32,000 bases of DNA from positions 90,001 to 122,000 of the forward strand of contig DIRZ01000001.1 of assembly GCA_002421785.1 (NCBI GenBank). The letters are read 5' to 3'. Of this stretch, positions 1 to 8,094 are shown piece by piece; the stretch's first letter is position 1, and every line of letters begins with the position of its first letter. This DNA is from Candidatus Saccharimonadota bacterium (GTDB lineage: Bacteria > Patescibacteriota > Saccharimonadia > Saccharimonadales > Saccharimonadaceae). The notes below the pieces were generated by a model that was not told the DNA's origin, did no database searches, and worked only from the letters and a program-made list of their open reading frames with translations. The position numbers were made by a program, and so were the translations under genes.

Positions 1-1668
1 GATACCGAAGAACAGGCGACTGCATTTCTCACGCGTTTAGCCGATGCTACCTATACCGTCAGCGCCATCACCAAAGCACCGAGCACCCGCAACCCCGCTG
101 CGCCGTTCACTACAAGTACGCTGCAACAAGAAGCCAACAGCAAGCTTGGATACAGCAGCCGCACCACCATGAACGCGGCACAAAAGCTCTACCAGGAAGG
201 GCGTATCACATATATGCGTACCGACAGCGTCAACCTGAGCGGGCAGGCGATTGCCGCTGCTGCAGACTTTATTAAACGGCTTTATGGTATCGAATATAGT
301 ACCGTTCGTAAGTTTAAAACCAAAAGTGCTGGCGCCCAGGAAGCTCACGAAGCCATTCGCCCGACAGACATCACCCGCGAATCTGTCAGCGGTAGTGACT
401 ATGACCAAAAACTCTACGATCTCATCCGTCGCCGCACGCTGGCAAGCCAAATGAGCCCTGCCAAGCTTGAGCGCACAACGGTCACCATTGCCATATCAAG
501 CGGCAGTGAAGTGTTTGAAGCCAAGGGTGAAGTTGTCGTGTTTGACGGTTTCCTGCGCGTTTATGGGGGCAAAGATGACACATTACTCCCTGCACTCGCG
601 GCTAACGACGAAGTCAAACCCTACAGCGTAGAAGCACGCCAGGTGTTCGCTCGTCCGCCAGCACGCTACAGCGAAGGCGCGCTCGTCAAAAAACTCGAAG
701 AACTCGGCATCGGTCGCCCAAGTACTTACGCCACTATCATTAATACCGTCCAGGCCCGTGGCTACGCCGAGCGTGGCGAAAGCGAAGGCACACCCCGCGA
801 TGTTGTTGTGCTGCAACTACTTGATGGCCAAGTGGACCGTGAAGTGGTGCAAGAAAAAACCGGAAGCGACAAAGGTAAGCTCGTACCAACCCCCGCCGGA
901 GAACTCATTAGTGACTTTCTGGGCACGCATTTTGACCAAGTGGTCGACTACGGGTTCACAGCAAGTGTCGAAGAACACTTCGACGACATCGCCGCCGACA
1001 AACTCGAGCGTAACCAAATGCTCGAAGAATTCTACACGCCATTCCATAAACTTATTGAACAGTCGGGTGGCATCGACCGTAGCACCGTTGGCAACAGCCG
1101 TGAAGTCGGTACCGACCCAAAAACCGGCAAGCCCATTACGGCGCGCTTTGGCCGCTTTGGCCCAATGCTCCAGCTTGGTACTAGCGAAGATGCCGACAAA
1201 CCGCAATTTGCACCATTGCCACGTGGCACCAAAATCGAAACCGTTACCCTAGAGCAGGCACTAGAAGCCTTTAAGCTACCCCGACTTGTCGGACAGACCA
1301 GCGATGGCGTCGACATCAAAGCAAACGTTGGTCGCTTCGGTCCATACATCCAGGTTGGCAAACTATTCGTAAGTATCAAAGACCACGATCCGCGCGATAT
1401 CACGCTTAGTGACGCGCGCGCCCTTTACGACGCTAAGCTCAAGGCCGAAGCCGAAAAAACCATCGCCGATTACGGTGCAGTCAAAGTACTTAACGGCCGC
1501 TATGGTCCCTACATTACCGATGGCAAAAAGAATGCCAAAATCCCTAAAGACACCGATCCAAAGACCATTGACGAAAAGCAAGCCAAAAAACTCCTCGCTG
1601 ACGCGCCCGCCAAAAAGGGCAGGGCGCGCGCCACCGCGCGTACCCGACGATCCGCAACCAAAAAGTAG
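1..1668 (+). CDS. topA: DNA topoisomerase I, C-terminal ~555 aa (5' end lies outside the window)
   Basis: Frame 1 is open from base 1. It has the type IA catalytic-Tyr motif ITYMRTDSVNLS and the GRPSTYA motif. The C-terminus has three Cys-free GR(F/Y)GPY repeats and a K/R-rich tail instead of zinc ribbons. Confidence 0.9.
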   Translation, partial: DTEEQATAFLTRLADATYTVSAITKAPSTRNPAAPFTTSTLQQEANSKLGYSSRTTMNAAQKLYQEGRITYMRTDSVNLSGQAIAAAADFIKRLYGIEYSTVRKFKTKSAGAQEAHEAIRPTDITRESVSGSDYDQKLYDLIRRRTLASQMSPAKLERTTVTIAISSGSEVFEAKGEVVVFDGFLRVYGGKDDTLLPALAANDEVKPYSVEARQVFARPPARYSEGALVKKLEELGIGRPSTYATIINTVQARGYAERGESEGTPRDVVVLQLLDGQVDREVVQEKTGSDKGKLVPTPAGELISDFLGTHFDQVVDYGFTASVEEHFDDIAADKLERNQMLEEFYTPFHKLIEQSGGIDRSTVGNSREVGTDPKTGKPITARFGRFGPMLQLGTSEDADKPQFAPLPRGTKIETVTLEQALEAFKLPRLVGQTSDGVDIKANVGRFGPYIQVGKLFVSIKDHDPRDITLSDARALYDAKLKAEAEKTIADYGAVKVLNGRYGPYITDGKKNAKIPKDTDPKTIDEKQAKKLLADAPAKKGRARATARTRRSATKK

Positions 1669-1692
1669 CACTTTAGCTCTAAATCCCCATTA

Positions 1693-1740
1693 CTCCCGTT
1701 TATTGCCGCAACCCTGCAAGAAAACGGGAGATTTTTATTT
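1693..1740 (+). terminator. Probable intrinsic terminator after topA
   Basis: CTCCCGTTT (1693-1701) pairs with AAACGGGAG (1722-1730) and is followed by ATTTTTATTT. The 20-nt loop lowers confidence. Confidence 0.5.
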
Positions 1741-1751
1741 ATGGTGTAATA

Positions 1752-1775
1752 TTATCCACAGTTTTTTGTGGATTA
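1752..1775. promoter_or_regulatory. Inverted pair of DnaA-box-like 9-mers
   Basis: TTATCCACA, a perfect DnaA-box consensus, sits at 1752-1760. After 6 nt comes TGTGGATTA (1767-1775, complement TAATCCACA). The same architecture recurs at 16685-16706. Confidence 0.35.
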
Positions 1776-1918
1776 TTTTGTAATTTTACAGGGGTGATAT
1801 TTGACAGGCAAGGGGAGTATGGTTAGCCTCATCATACTTTGCTAGCAAAAAAAGCCTCAAAAAAGTATTTACCATTAGCGTCTACATTGTGGTATACTAG
1901 CTATAGAGAATTATGTGT

Positions 1919-1947
1919 TTGACATATATAAAATAATGTTCTATAAT
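1919..1947 (+). promoter_or_regulatory. Sigma-70-type promoter for the 2017 gene
   Basis: TTGACA (1919-1924), a 17-nt spacer, then TATAAT (1942-1947). A second candidate, TGgTATACT, lies near 1889-1897. Confidence 0.6.
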
Positions 1948-2016
1948 CAGACACAAGATTGAAATATCAACGACTAATTCCCAGAGGTGAGGCGAGAGGA
2001 ACGGAGAAATACTGGA

Positions 2017-3075
2017 ATGACCGAATCTGCACCCAAAGATACTGCAGCAGTTCTAAAAGCAGCCGCACATGACATTTTGAATGTCATCGACCAAGAGCGT
2101 GAACGCGAAATCATTACGCGTCGCTTCGGCTTATTTGACCGCCGCGAAACATTGGAGCAGATTGGTGAACTTCTTGGCATAACCCGTGAACGCGTCCGCC
2201 AGCTGGAAAAAGCAATCTTGATCCGACTCAAAATCGCAGCAGACGAAGGCAAAGTGCCCGCCATCCACGAAGTTGAGCGACTTATCATTCGCGACCTGAG
2301 CGAAAATGGTCGTGTGGGCCGCGTACAAGACATTGCGTCACGCCTCGTTGGCACCGTTCCTACCGCCGAGACCAAAGCGCACATCGCCTTTGTTGCCGAG
2401 CTATCGCCAAAGCTGACAAGTATTAGCGAAAACGACAACTACTTCCAGGGTGTTGGCATCGTTGAAAACGGTGATGAAAAAAAGGTGCGTGCCCAGGTAG
2501 ACGAAATCGTCAAAACCATCAAGAAGCACGGGGAACCAATCGACGTTGAGACGCTCCACGGCATGCTTACCCAGGAAAGCCCTAGCCAAGTTCGTGCCCT
2601 CGCTAGCCTATCGAAGCTTCTTGCCAGCCTCAAGGACGTCTGGGGACTCGTAAAGTGGCCAACCGTCAACCCAAAGAACATTCGCGACAAAATCTATGTC
2701 ATTCTGGCCGACAACGGCAAGCCAATGCACTTTAGCGACATTGCCGGGCACATCAAAGACAGCGATTTCAAACGCAAAGACGTTACCACCCAGGCAATCC
2801 ACAACGAACTCATCAAAGACAAGCGCTTCGTGCTTATCGGCCGTGGCATCTACGCCCTCGACAGCTGGGGCTATAGCAAGGGAACAGTCAGCGACATCAT
2901 CACTAAGGTCCTCAAGAAGGCGGGTGAGCCACTTCACCGTGACGAAATCGTCAAACGCGTTCTAAAGAGCCGACAGGTCAAGGAAACAACCATCCTCCTG
3001 AACCTCCAGAGCAAATCAGAGTTCAAGCGCGTCGCCAAGGCTACGTACACACTTGCTGAACCTGCAGCAAAATAG
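2017..3075 (+). CDS. Sigma-70 region-4-like HTH fused to two HARE-HTH domains; no sigma region 2, so probably not a true sigma factor
   Basis: REIITRRFGLFDRRETLEQIGELLGITRERVRQLEKAILIRLK matches sigma region 4.2. Two C-terminal HARE-HTH-like units follow (GKPMHFSDIAGHI...FVLIGRGIYALDSW and GEPLHRDEIVKRV...). I prefer ATG 2017, which has GGAG about 10 nt upstream, over the in-frame GTG 1987 in the ORF track. Confidence 0.7.
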   Translation: MTESAPKDTAAVLKAAAHDILNVIDQEREREIITRRFGLFDRRETLEQIGELLGITRERVRQLEKAILIRLKIAADEGKVPAIHEVERLIIRDLSENGRVGRVQDIASRLVGTVPTAETKAHIAFVAELSPKLTSISENDNYFQGVGIVENGDEKKVRAQVDEIVKTIKKHGEPIDVETLHGMLTQESPSQVRALASLSKLLASLKDVWGLVKWPTVNPKNIRDKIYVILADNGKPMHFSDIAGHIKDSDFKRKDVTTQAIHNELIKDKRFVLIGRGIYALDSWGYSKGTVSDIITKVLKKAGEPLHRDEIVKRVLKSRQVKETTILLNLQSKSEFKRVAKATYTLAEPAAK

Positions 3076-3089
3076 GAATTAGCTTCACG

Positions 3090-3123
3090 AATGACCCCTC
3101 ACCAAAGGGGTCATTCTTATTTG
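3090..3123 (+). terminator. Intrinsic terminator
   Basis: AATGACCCCT (3090-3099) pairs with AGGGGTCATT (3106-3115) across a 6-nt loop, followed by CTTATTTG. Confidence 0.7.
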
Positions 3124-3211
3124 CAGACATCCTGGACAATCTCCGCTGTCAAAGGTGCGCCTCACGCCCACGGCAACCGGCACATTCTTTACCCAAAAAT
3201 ACCGCTCACCC

Positions 3212-3240
3212 TTGCATTTTTAACAGAGGTATGATATAAT
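3212..3240 (+). promoter_or_regulatory. Sigma-70-type promoter for the 945-aa ATPase gene
   Basis: TTGCAT (3212-3217), a 17-nt spacer, then TATAAT (3235-3240). The ATG at 3256 is 15 nt downstream and has no Shine-Dalgarno, implying a very short leader. Confidence 0.6.
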
Positions 3241-3255
3241 GAACATCACTAAGTT

Positions 3256-6093
3256 ATGTCATTTATCTTATGGTTTATCAACTTGCTACTCCAATGGTAC
3301 GTTTGGCTCCCAATCGTAGGCATTTTGGGCTACATGACCTGGCGCAACTACCAACGGGTCGATATCGTCAAAGAAATCGAAAGCGTACTGCTTGTCCTTG
3401 AAATCCCAAAAGCCAACGACAAAAGCGAGCTCGCCGCAGAACAGATGTTTGCCAGCCTCCACGGCATCCTCCGCGACCACAAAGAACTTCGCCTCAACGG
3501 GGGATACCAGGAACACCTGAGCTTCGAGATCGCCAGTGTCGGCGGGCGCATTCAGTTCTACGTATGGGTGCCAAAAACCCTCCAAAGCTTCGTAGAAGGG
3601 CAGATCTATTCACAGTACCCTCAGGTACAGATTCATGCTGCCGACGAAGATTACGTCACACACGAACGCCATCACAGCGTGGTGTATACAAGCGAACTGG
3701 TGCCCACCGACAAAGAATTCCTACCGATTAAAACCTTCCAAAGCTTCGAGGTTGACCCCTTAGCCGGCATTACCGGCACCCTGGCCAAGCTCGAAGACAC
3801 TGACGAAGAAATCTGGATTCAAATACTCGTGCGCCCGGTTGCGGATGACTGGCATAAGGCGAGTGATGCCTGGATAAAATCCGTCAAAAACGGCAGTATG
3901 GCAATCTTTAGCGGTGGGGGACTAAACGGCAAATGGCTGGCGACCCTTCTAACCGCTCTATGGAACCCGCCAGAACAGGGCACAGCTGGCGCCGCCAAAG
4001 AAGTGAGCGAACGCGACAAAACACGTATCAGCGAAGCAGAAAAGAAGGCAACAAAGCTGGGCTACCAGGCTAAAATTCGTATCGCCTACCTAGGGGAGAG
4101 CACGACTAACGCCAAACTGCGCATGCAGGGAATCGTAGGGACATTCAAACAGTTCAATAGTACCAACCTCAACGGATTCAAAATGGCCAACGAAAGCTTC
4201 GCCAAAGAGTCGTTGGCCAAATACAAGTCCCGCCTTTTCGCCGACAGGGGATACCTTCTCAATATCGAAGAAGTTGCAAGCGTCTACCACCTACCACATA
4301 CCAATGTGGAAACCCCAAATATCGTGTGGGCGAGCACTAAAACCGCCGAGCCACCTGCTAAGTTGCCTCTACTCACCGGCAACCCCGCAATCGATGAAAA
4401 CATCAGTGCTTTCGGCATGACGAACTTCCGTGGCATCAATCATCAGTTTGGCATGCTGCGCTACGATCGTTCGCGTCACGTCTATATCATCGGTCAAACC
4501 GGTGCGGGTAAGTCAGGCTTGTTGGAACTCTTTGCTCTGAGCGATGTATTCCATGGCCAGGGCTACGCTATTATTGACCCCCATGGCGACTTCGCTATCA
4601 ACAACATGAAGTTTATTCCTGGCAGCCGACTTAACGACGTCGTCTACTTTAACCCAGCTGACACCAAGTTTCCCCTCGGCTTTAACCCGCTTGAAGTCAC
4701 TAACCCCGAGCAAAAGACCAATATTAGCTCCGAAGTCATCGGGGTGCTCAAGCGTATGTTCGGTGATTCATGGGGTCCTCGCCTAGAATATATCCTTCGT
4801 TACACCATTCTGGCGCTACTCGACCGGCCCGAAACCACCATGCTCGACATTACTCGCATGCTTACCGACAAAAAATTCCGCAAAGAGACCCTCAGCTACT
4901 GCACAGACACTGTCGTGCTGCAGTTCTGGAATGTTGAGTTTGCCAGCTGGACAGATAAGTTCCAGGCAGAAGCCATCGCACCGGTCCTCAATAAGGTCGG
5001 AGCCTTTACCGCCAACCCTGTTATTCGCAATATTATCGGCCAACCAAAAAGTACGTTCAACATCCGTCAAATGATGGATGAAGGTAAAATTCTCATCGTG
5101 AACCTAAGTAAAGGGCTCATTGGGGAAGACAATGCCGGAATCCTGGGCGCATTCCTTGTAACGAAAATCCAGCTTGCCGCCATGAGTCGCAGCGATATCC
5201 CGGATATCAAGGATCGTCGACCATTCTATCTATACGTGGACGAATTCCAGAACTTCGCCACCGACAGCTTTGCAACCATTCTATCAGAAGCACGCAAGTA
5301 CGGCCTCAACCTCACCGTTGCTAACCAGTATATTAGTCAGATGAGCGACACCGTCCGTGACGCGGTGTTTGGCAACGTCGGCACGATGATTAGCTTCCGC
5401 GTATCTGCTGACGACTCACCAATCCTCGCCAAACAGTTTGAACCACAATTCGAGCCAACCGACTTGCTGCAAATGCACAACCGTAACTTCATTATCAACA
5501 TGGTGATTAACGGGGAGAAATCGCCCGCCTTCAGTGCAAAAACACTCAATCTACCACCAACCCAAACCGACAATACACTTCAGATTATCCAGAACACCCG
5601 TGAGCTCTACGGACAGCCGCGTGACGTTATTGAGCGGTCGATCGACGAGCGCATTCTCCCACCGGAGAACCTGGTCGTAAAGCGCCCTGGGCCTGCGTAT
5701 ACCCCGCCTAAGAGCGATGAGCAGCGCGAAGCCGATAGAATTGAACGCGAAGCAGCAGCCGCGCCACAGGGCAAGCAGTGGCCTATCAGCAATGTCACGC
5801 CCGACGAAGTCAACACTGCTCTTCAAGAGGCCAAGCAGCAGGGGAGGCGTGAACCAAATTCTGCTCCTCAACCTGAATCGAGCGAGCCACGCAAACAAGC
5901 CGCAGCCCCAGCCGATACCTCAGGTAGCTCAACCGAAGAACCACGTAAAAAGCGCTCACGTAACCGTAAGCGCAAGCCAGAAGGCGAGAATGCCCAACCC
6001 AACCGCCCTCGCATCATTCGCGAAAGCGAGAGCAAACCACAACCCGCCCGCCCCATCAAAAAAGAGGACCCAACCGTCCTCAATCTCCGCTAA
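3256..6093 (+). CDS. Membrane-anchored P-loop NTPase of the TraD/VirD4 (type IV coupling protein)/HerA-FtsK-like class, with a disordered basic tail
   Basis: The N-terminus is hydrophobic (FILWFINLLLQWYVWLPIVGILGY). Walker A is IIGQTGAGKSG (about 4492-4518), followed by IDPHGD, Walker B FYLYVDEFQNF and an ANQYISQ motif. The last ~170 aa are P/E/Q/K/R-rich and include PRKKRSRNRKRKP. Confidence 0.75.
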   Translation: MSFILWFINLLLQWYVWLPIVGILGYMTWRNYQRVDIVKEIESVLLVLEIPKANDKSELAAEQMFASLHGILRDHKELRLNGGYQEHLSFEIASVGGRIQFYVWVPKTLQSFVEGQIYSQYPQVQIHAADEDYVTHERHHSVVYTSELVPTDKEFLPIKTFQSFEVDPLAGITGTLAKLEDTDEEIWIQILVRPVADDWHKASDAWIKSVKNGSMAIFSGGGLNGKWLATLLTALWNPPEQGTAGAAKEVSERDKTRISEAEKKATKLGYQAKIRIAYLGESTTNAKLRMQGIVGTFKQFNSTNLNGFKMANESFAKESLAKYKSRLFADRGYLLNIEEVASVYHLPHTNVETPNIVWASTKTAEPPAKLPLLTGNPAIDENISAFGMTNFRGINHQFGMLRYDRSRHVYIIGQTGAGKSGLLELFALSDVFHGQGYAIIDPHGDFAINNMKFIPGSRLNDVVYFNPADTKFPLGFNPLEVTNPEQKTNISSEVIGVLKRMFGDSWGPRLEYILRYTILALLDRPETTMLDITRMLTDKKFRKETLSYCTDTVVLQFWNVEFASWTDKFQAEAIAPVLNKVGAFTANPVIRNIIGQPKSTFNIRQMMDEGKILIVNLSKGLIGEDNAGILGAFLVTKIQLAAMSRSDIPDIKDRRPFYLYVDEFQNFATDSFATILSEARKYGLNLTVANQYISQMSDTVRDAVFGNVGTMISFRVSADDSPILAKQFEPQFEPTDLLQMHNRNFIINMVINGEKSPAFSAKTLNLPPTQTDNTLQIIQNTRELYGQPRDVIERSIDERILPPENLVVKRPGPAYTPPKSDEQREADRIEREAAAAPQGKQWPISNVTPDEVNTALQEAKQQGRREPNSAPQPESSEPRKQAAAPADTSGSSTEEPRKKRSRNRKRKPEGENAQPNRPRIIRESESKPQPARPIKKEDPTVLNLR

Positions 6094-6208
6094 TAGCACC
6101 CACTGGCAGCCCGGATGAGGCACCGCCTCCACACTGGTGTATGTGGCAGTCTTAGTCCGTTCCGGGCCACTCTTAGTATACCGTACACTATAGGTAAGCC
6201 ATAAGATA

Positions 6209-6238
6209 TTGACATTTTACGTATATTTATGCTATAAT
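6209..6238 (+). promoter_or_regulatory. Consensus sigma-70 promoter of the high-GC cassette
   Basis: TTGACA (6209-6214), an 18-nt spacer, then TATAAT (6233-6238). The TTG start in the ORF track is this -35 hexamer. Confidence 0.6.
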
Positions 6239-6310
6239 ATAGTTAAGGTACGCTGCGGCTTACGCCCACTGCCAACAAATCCGTACATCGACAACGAAGG
6301 GAAGTGCAAG

Positions 6311-6760
6311 GTGACAACCGTCTCCTCTGACGTGACCGTGGACGACTTCCGTCAGTCCATCACCCACCGCCTGGCGACCGCCTGCTTCAGCGTGAGTTAC
6401 ACCATCGCCCGCCACGAAAGAGCGCTGGACTACCAGCTACTCGACGCACACAGCCTTCCGGGTGTCGTCGGACTGCTTTACGACGACCCCAATCCGCCCG
6501 CGATGCCGCGGCGCTTCTTCGGCCTCATGGCCCCCGAGAAGCCGCGACGCCTCGTTCTCGGCGACATCTGGACGTCAAACGAGCATCCAGGTGCTCACGC
6601 TGGCAACTGGGTCTTCGAGGTCTACGGCCGGAACAACCTGGATCGAGCCATCGCTCTCGCGAACGACCTGTCCGACACCTTTGGGGTGAGGATCGTCGTG
6701 AAGCTCATCCGGGACCAGCTCGCTGTGGAAACCCTCCCCGGAGACGGCTACTGGGACTGA
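6311..6760 (+). CDS. Hypothetical protein (149 aa), compositionally foreign (high GC, high GC3)
   Basis: GTG 6311 lies 6 nt after GAAGGGAAG (6296-6304). By hand count, 41 of the first 50 codons end in G or C, against about 30 of 50 for murG. I recognised no family motif. Confidence 0.7.
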   Translation: MTTVSSDVTVDDFRQSITHRLATACFSVSYTIARHERALDYQLLDAHSLPGVVGLLYDDPNPPAMPRRFFGLMAPEKPRRLVLGDIWTSNEHPGAHAGNWVFEVYGRNNLDRAIALANDLSDTFGVRIVVKLIRDQLAVETLPGDGYWD

Positions 6761-6772
6761 GCTCGATTGTAC

Positions 6773-6815
6773 GGATGGCCCGCAACTTCATGTTGCGGGC
6801 CATCCTTTTTGTTTT
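6773..6815 (+). terminator. Strong intrinsic terminator
   Basis: A perfect 14-bp stem, GGATGGCCCGCAAC (6773-6786) with GTTGCGGGCCATCC (6792-6805), has a 5-nt loop and is followed by TTTTTGTTTT. Confidence 0.88.
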
Positions 6816-6884
6816 GAACACGCCACCACTGCAAGGCAGGGGTGAACGTGGTTGTCACAAACCCACCCATCGCCAGCAAGCTCA

Positions 6885-6950
6885 CCCTACTCTTTTTACA
6901 CAAGTATTACGTTGTTCGCAAAAGAGGGAAGAACAAAAATGGAACATTAA
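6885..6950 (+). repeat. Repeat module copy 1: CCCTACTCTTTTTAC plus GAACA-N6-GAACA
   Basis: CCCTACTCTTTTTAC (6885-6899) matches 8400-8414 at 14 of 15 positions. GAACAAAAATGGAACATTAA (6931-6950) matches 8485-8504 at 18 of 20. Confidence 0.7.
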
Positions 6951-7139
6951 TTATGCCATAAAATGATGCCATGAAGTCAAATGGATATATGCGTCCGGTC
7001 CATAATGAAATTGTGCATAGGCAGCCATAAACATAAAAATAGGCGTCAAGACACGCGGGGAACAATGGAATCAGAAAAAGCGAGGGGAGATTATGAAAAA
7101 TTTTAATAGGCAGGGCCGTAACACAACACATCATTCATA

Positions 7140-7168
7140 CATAGAGTTAACGTCGCACAATAATTCTT
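7140..7168 (+). repeat. 29-nt direct repeat, copy A
   Basis: CATAGAGTTAACGTCGCACAATAATTCTT is identical at 28 of 29 positions to 8095-8123. The core AACGTCGCAMAA recurs at 7181-7193. Confidence 0.85.
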
Positions 7169-7457
7169 GAGAAAACTTGGAACGTCGCAAAACGTTAGAT
7201 GGTTGTTGGGCCGTGTATTTTGGGCTGGGCATTGCTTGTCTCACTTGTCTTAAAAATTAGCACTAATTTTTTTGCATGTCAAAAGTTACGGATAGGGCGG
7301 TGGTTTGTGAGTAGGCGGGCGAAGCCGAGCGACTTGCGACCCTATAAAAACGAGTTTAAATGTTATGGTTTCGAGTACCCTGCGGCGTCTGCGACGCCTT
7401 AGGGCAACCAAGCTTATGCGGGGGTTATCGCGCTTGCATAAGCTCGGCTGCGTACCA

Positions 7458-7889
7458 TCAGTATAGCACATTGCCGCCCCCCAGCAAGCCACCGTCTGCC
7501 GTGACTGCGTCGCCTCGGGGCGACAGCCCGGCCGACGGGGCAGGGGGCAAGACAGGCACAGCCGCATTTACCGATACCTTGCGTACCGTGTAGGTTACTT
7601 TTACCACCGATCCGTCGCCGTAACACCTTGCGACCCCGAGGGCGTTGCCTACAGGTAAGTGGGGTAGGCGGGGCTGTACCGCGTACCAGCCGCGAGCCAT
7701 ATACTGAAGCTCGTGAACCAGGCCACGCAAGCGCCTGCGAGCTTCCTTACGGGTTACAAAGGCCATTCCAGCCAGTTGCCGGCCGTCTTCGTATATCTGG
7801 TAGTAATCCACCGGCCTGTAATCGAGTGCCACCCCTGTTCCCTCTGGTGGTATCTGTTGCATAGAGGGTGAAGCATTAGGATAGAACAT
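7458..7889 (-). CDS. Doubtful ORF (143 aa) inside the GC-rich block; may be non-coding
   Basis: This is the only long ORF in the block. It has no Shine-Dalgarno, and GC3 (59 of the first 100 codons) is no higher than the block's overall GC. The first ~100 aa look protein-like and the last ~40 aa are low-complexity P/A/G. Confidence 0.3.
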   Translation of the reverse strand: MFYPNASPSMQQIPPEGTGVALDYRPVDYYQIYEDGRQLAGMAFVTRKEARRRLRGLVHELQYMARGWYAVQPRLPHLPVGNALGVARCYGDGSVVKVTYTVRKVSVNAAVPVLPPAPSAGLSPRGDAVTADGGLLGGGNVLY

Positions 7890-7903
7890 AAATAGAACAC
7901 TTT
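7884..7903 (+). repeat. GAACA-N6-GAACA motif, copy 2
   Basis: GAACATAAATAGAACACTTT has the same orientation as copies 1 and 3. It overlaps the putative start of the 143-aa ORF. Confidence 0.6.
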
Positions 7904-8094
7904 ACATATGAGTTTATAGCCTGATTTTGGCGGGTATTGGCCACGGGCTGGTATGAAATACACAAATAGCGCGAAGCACGCACAGGCGGCCATATACGCG
8001 TTAAATAGCAGGGCTTATGTATGAGCAGGGGGCTTGGTTCAAAAAATAAGTCGTGCGAATGGCGCGGGGCGGTGCGTGCGTCGCACAATCCATG

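Noticed and set aside
6209-6310. TTG 6209 as the start of the 183-aa ORF in the ORF track
   Set aside because: The TTG is the first half of a consensus TTGACA -35 hexamer with TATAAT 18 nt downstream. The first 34 codons are AT-rich, unlike the rest of the ORF. GTG 6311 has a proper ribosome-binding site.
7199-7402. 67-aa + strand ORF with a hydrophobic N-terminus (a possible type I toxin-like peptide)
   Set aside because: It has no ribosome-binding site, and it spans an AT hairpin and GC-rich hairpins. I cannot distinguish it from a chance ORF. It is kept only as a remote possibility under the repeat-flanked insert.
7290-7870. tmRNA, RNase P RNA or SRP RNA within the GC-rich block
   Set aside because: Neither strand has a GGAUUCGAC-type tmRNA 5' motif or a T-arm-CCA 3' end. 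Neither has the RNase P GAGGAAAGUCC P4 motif or the SRP domain IV GGAA/AGCA motif.
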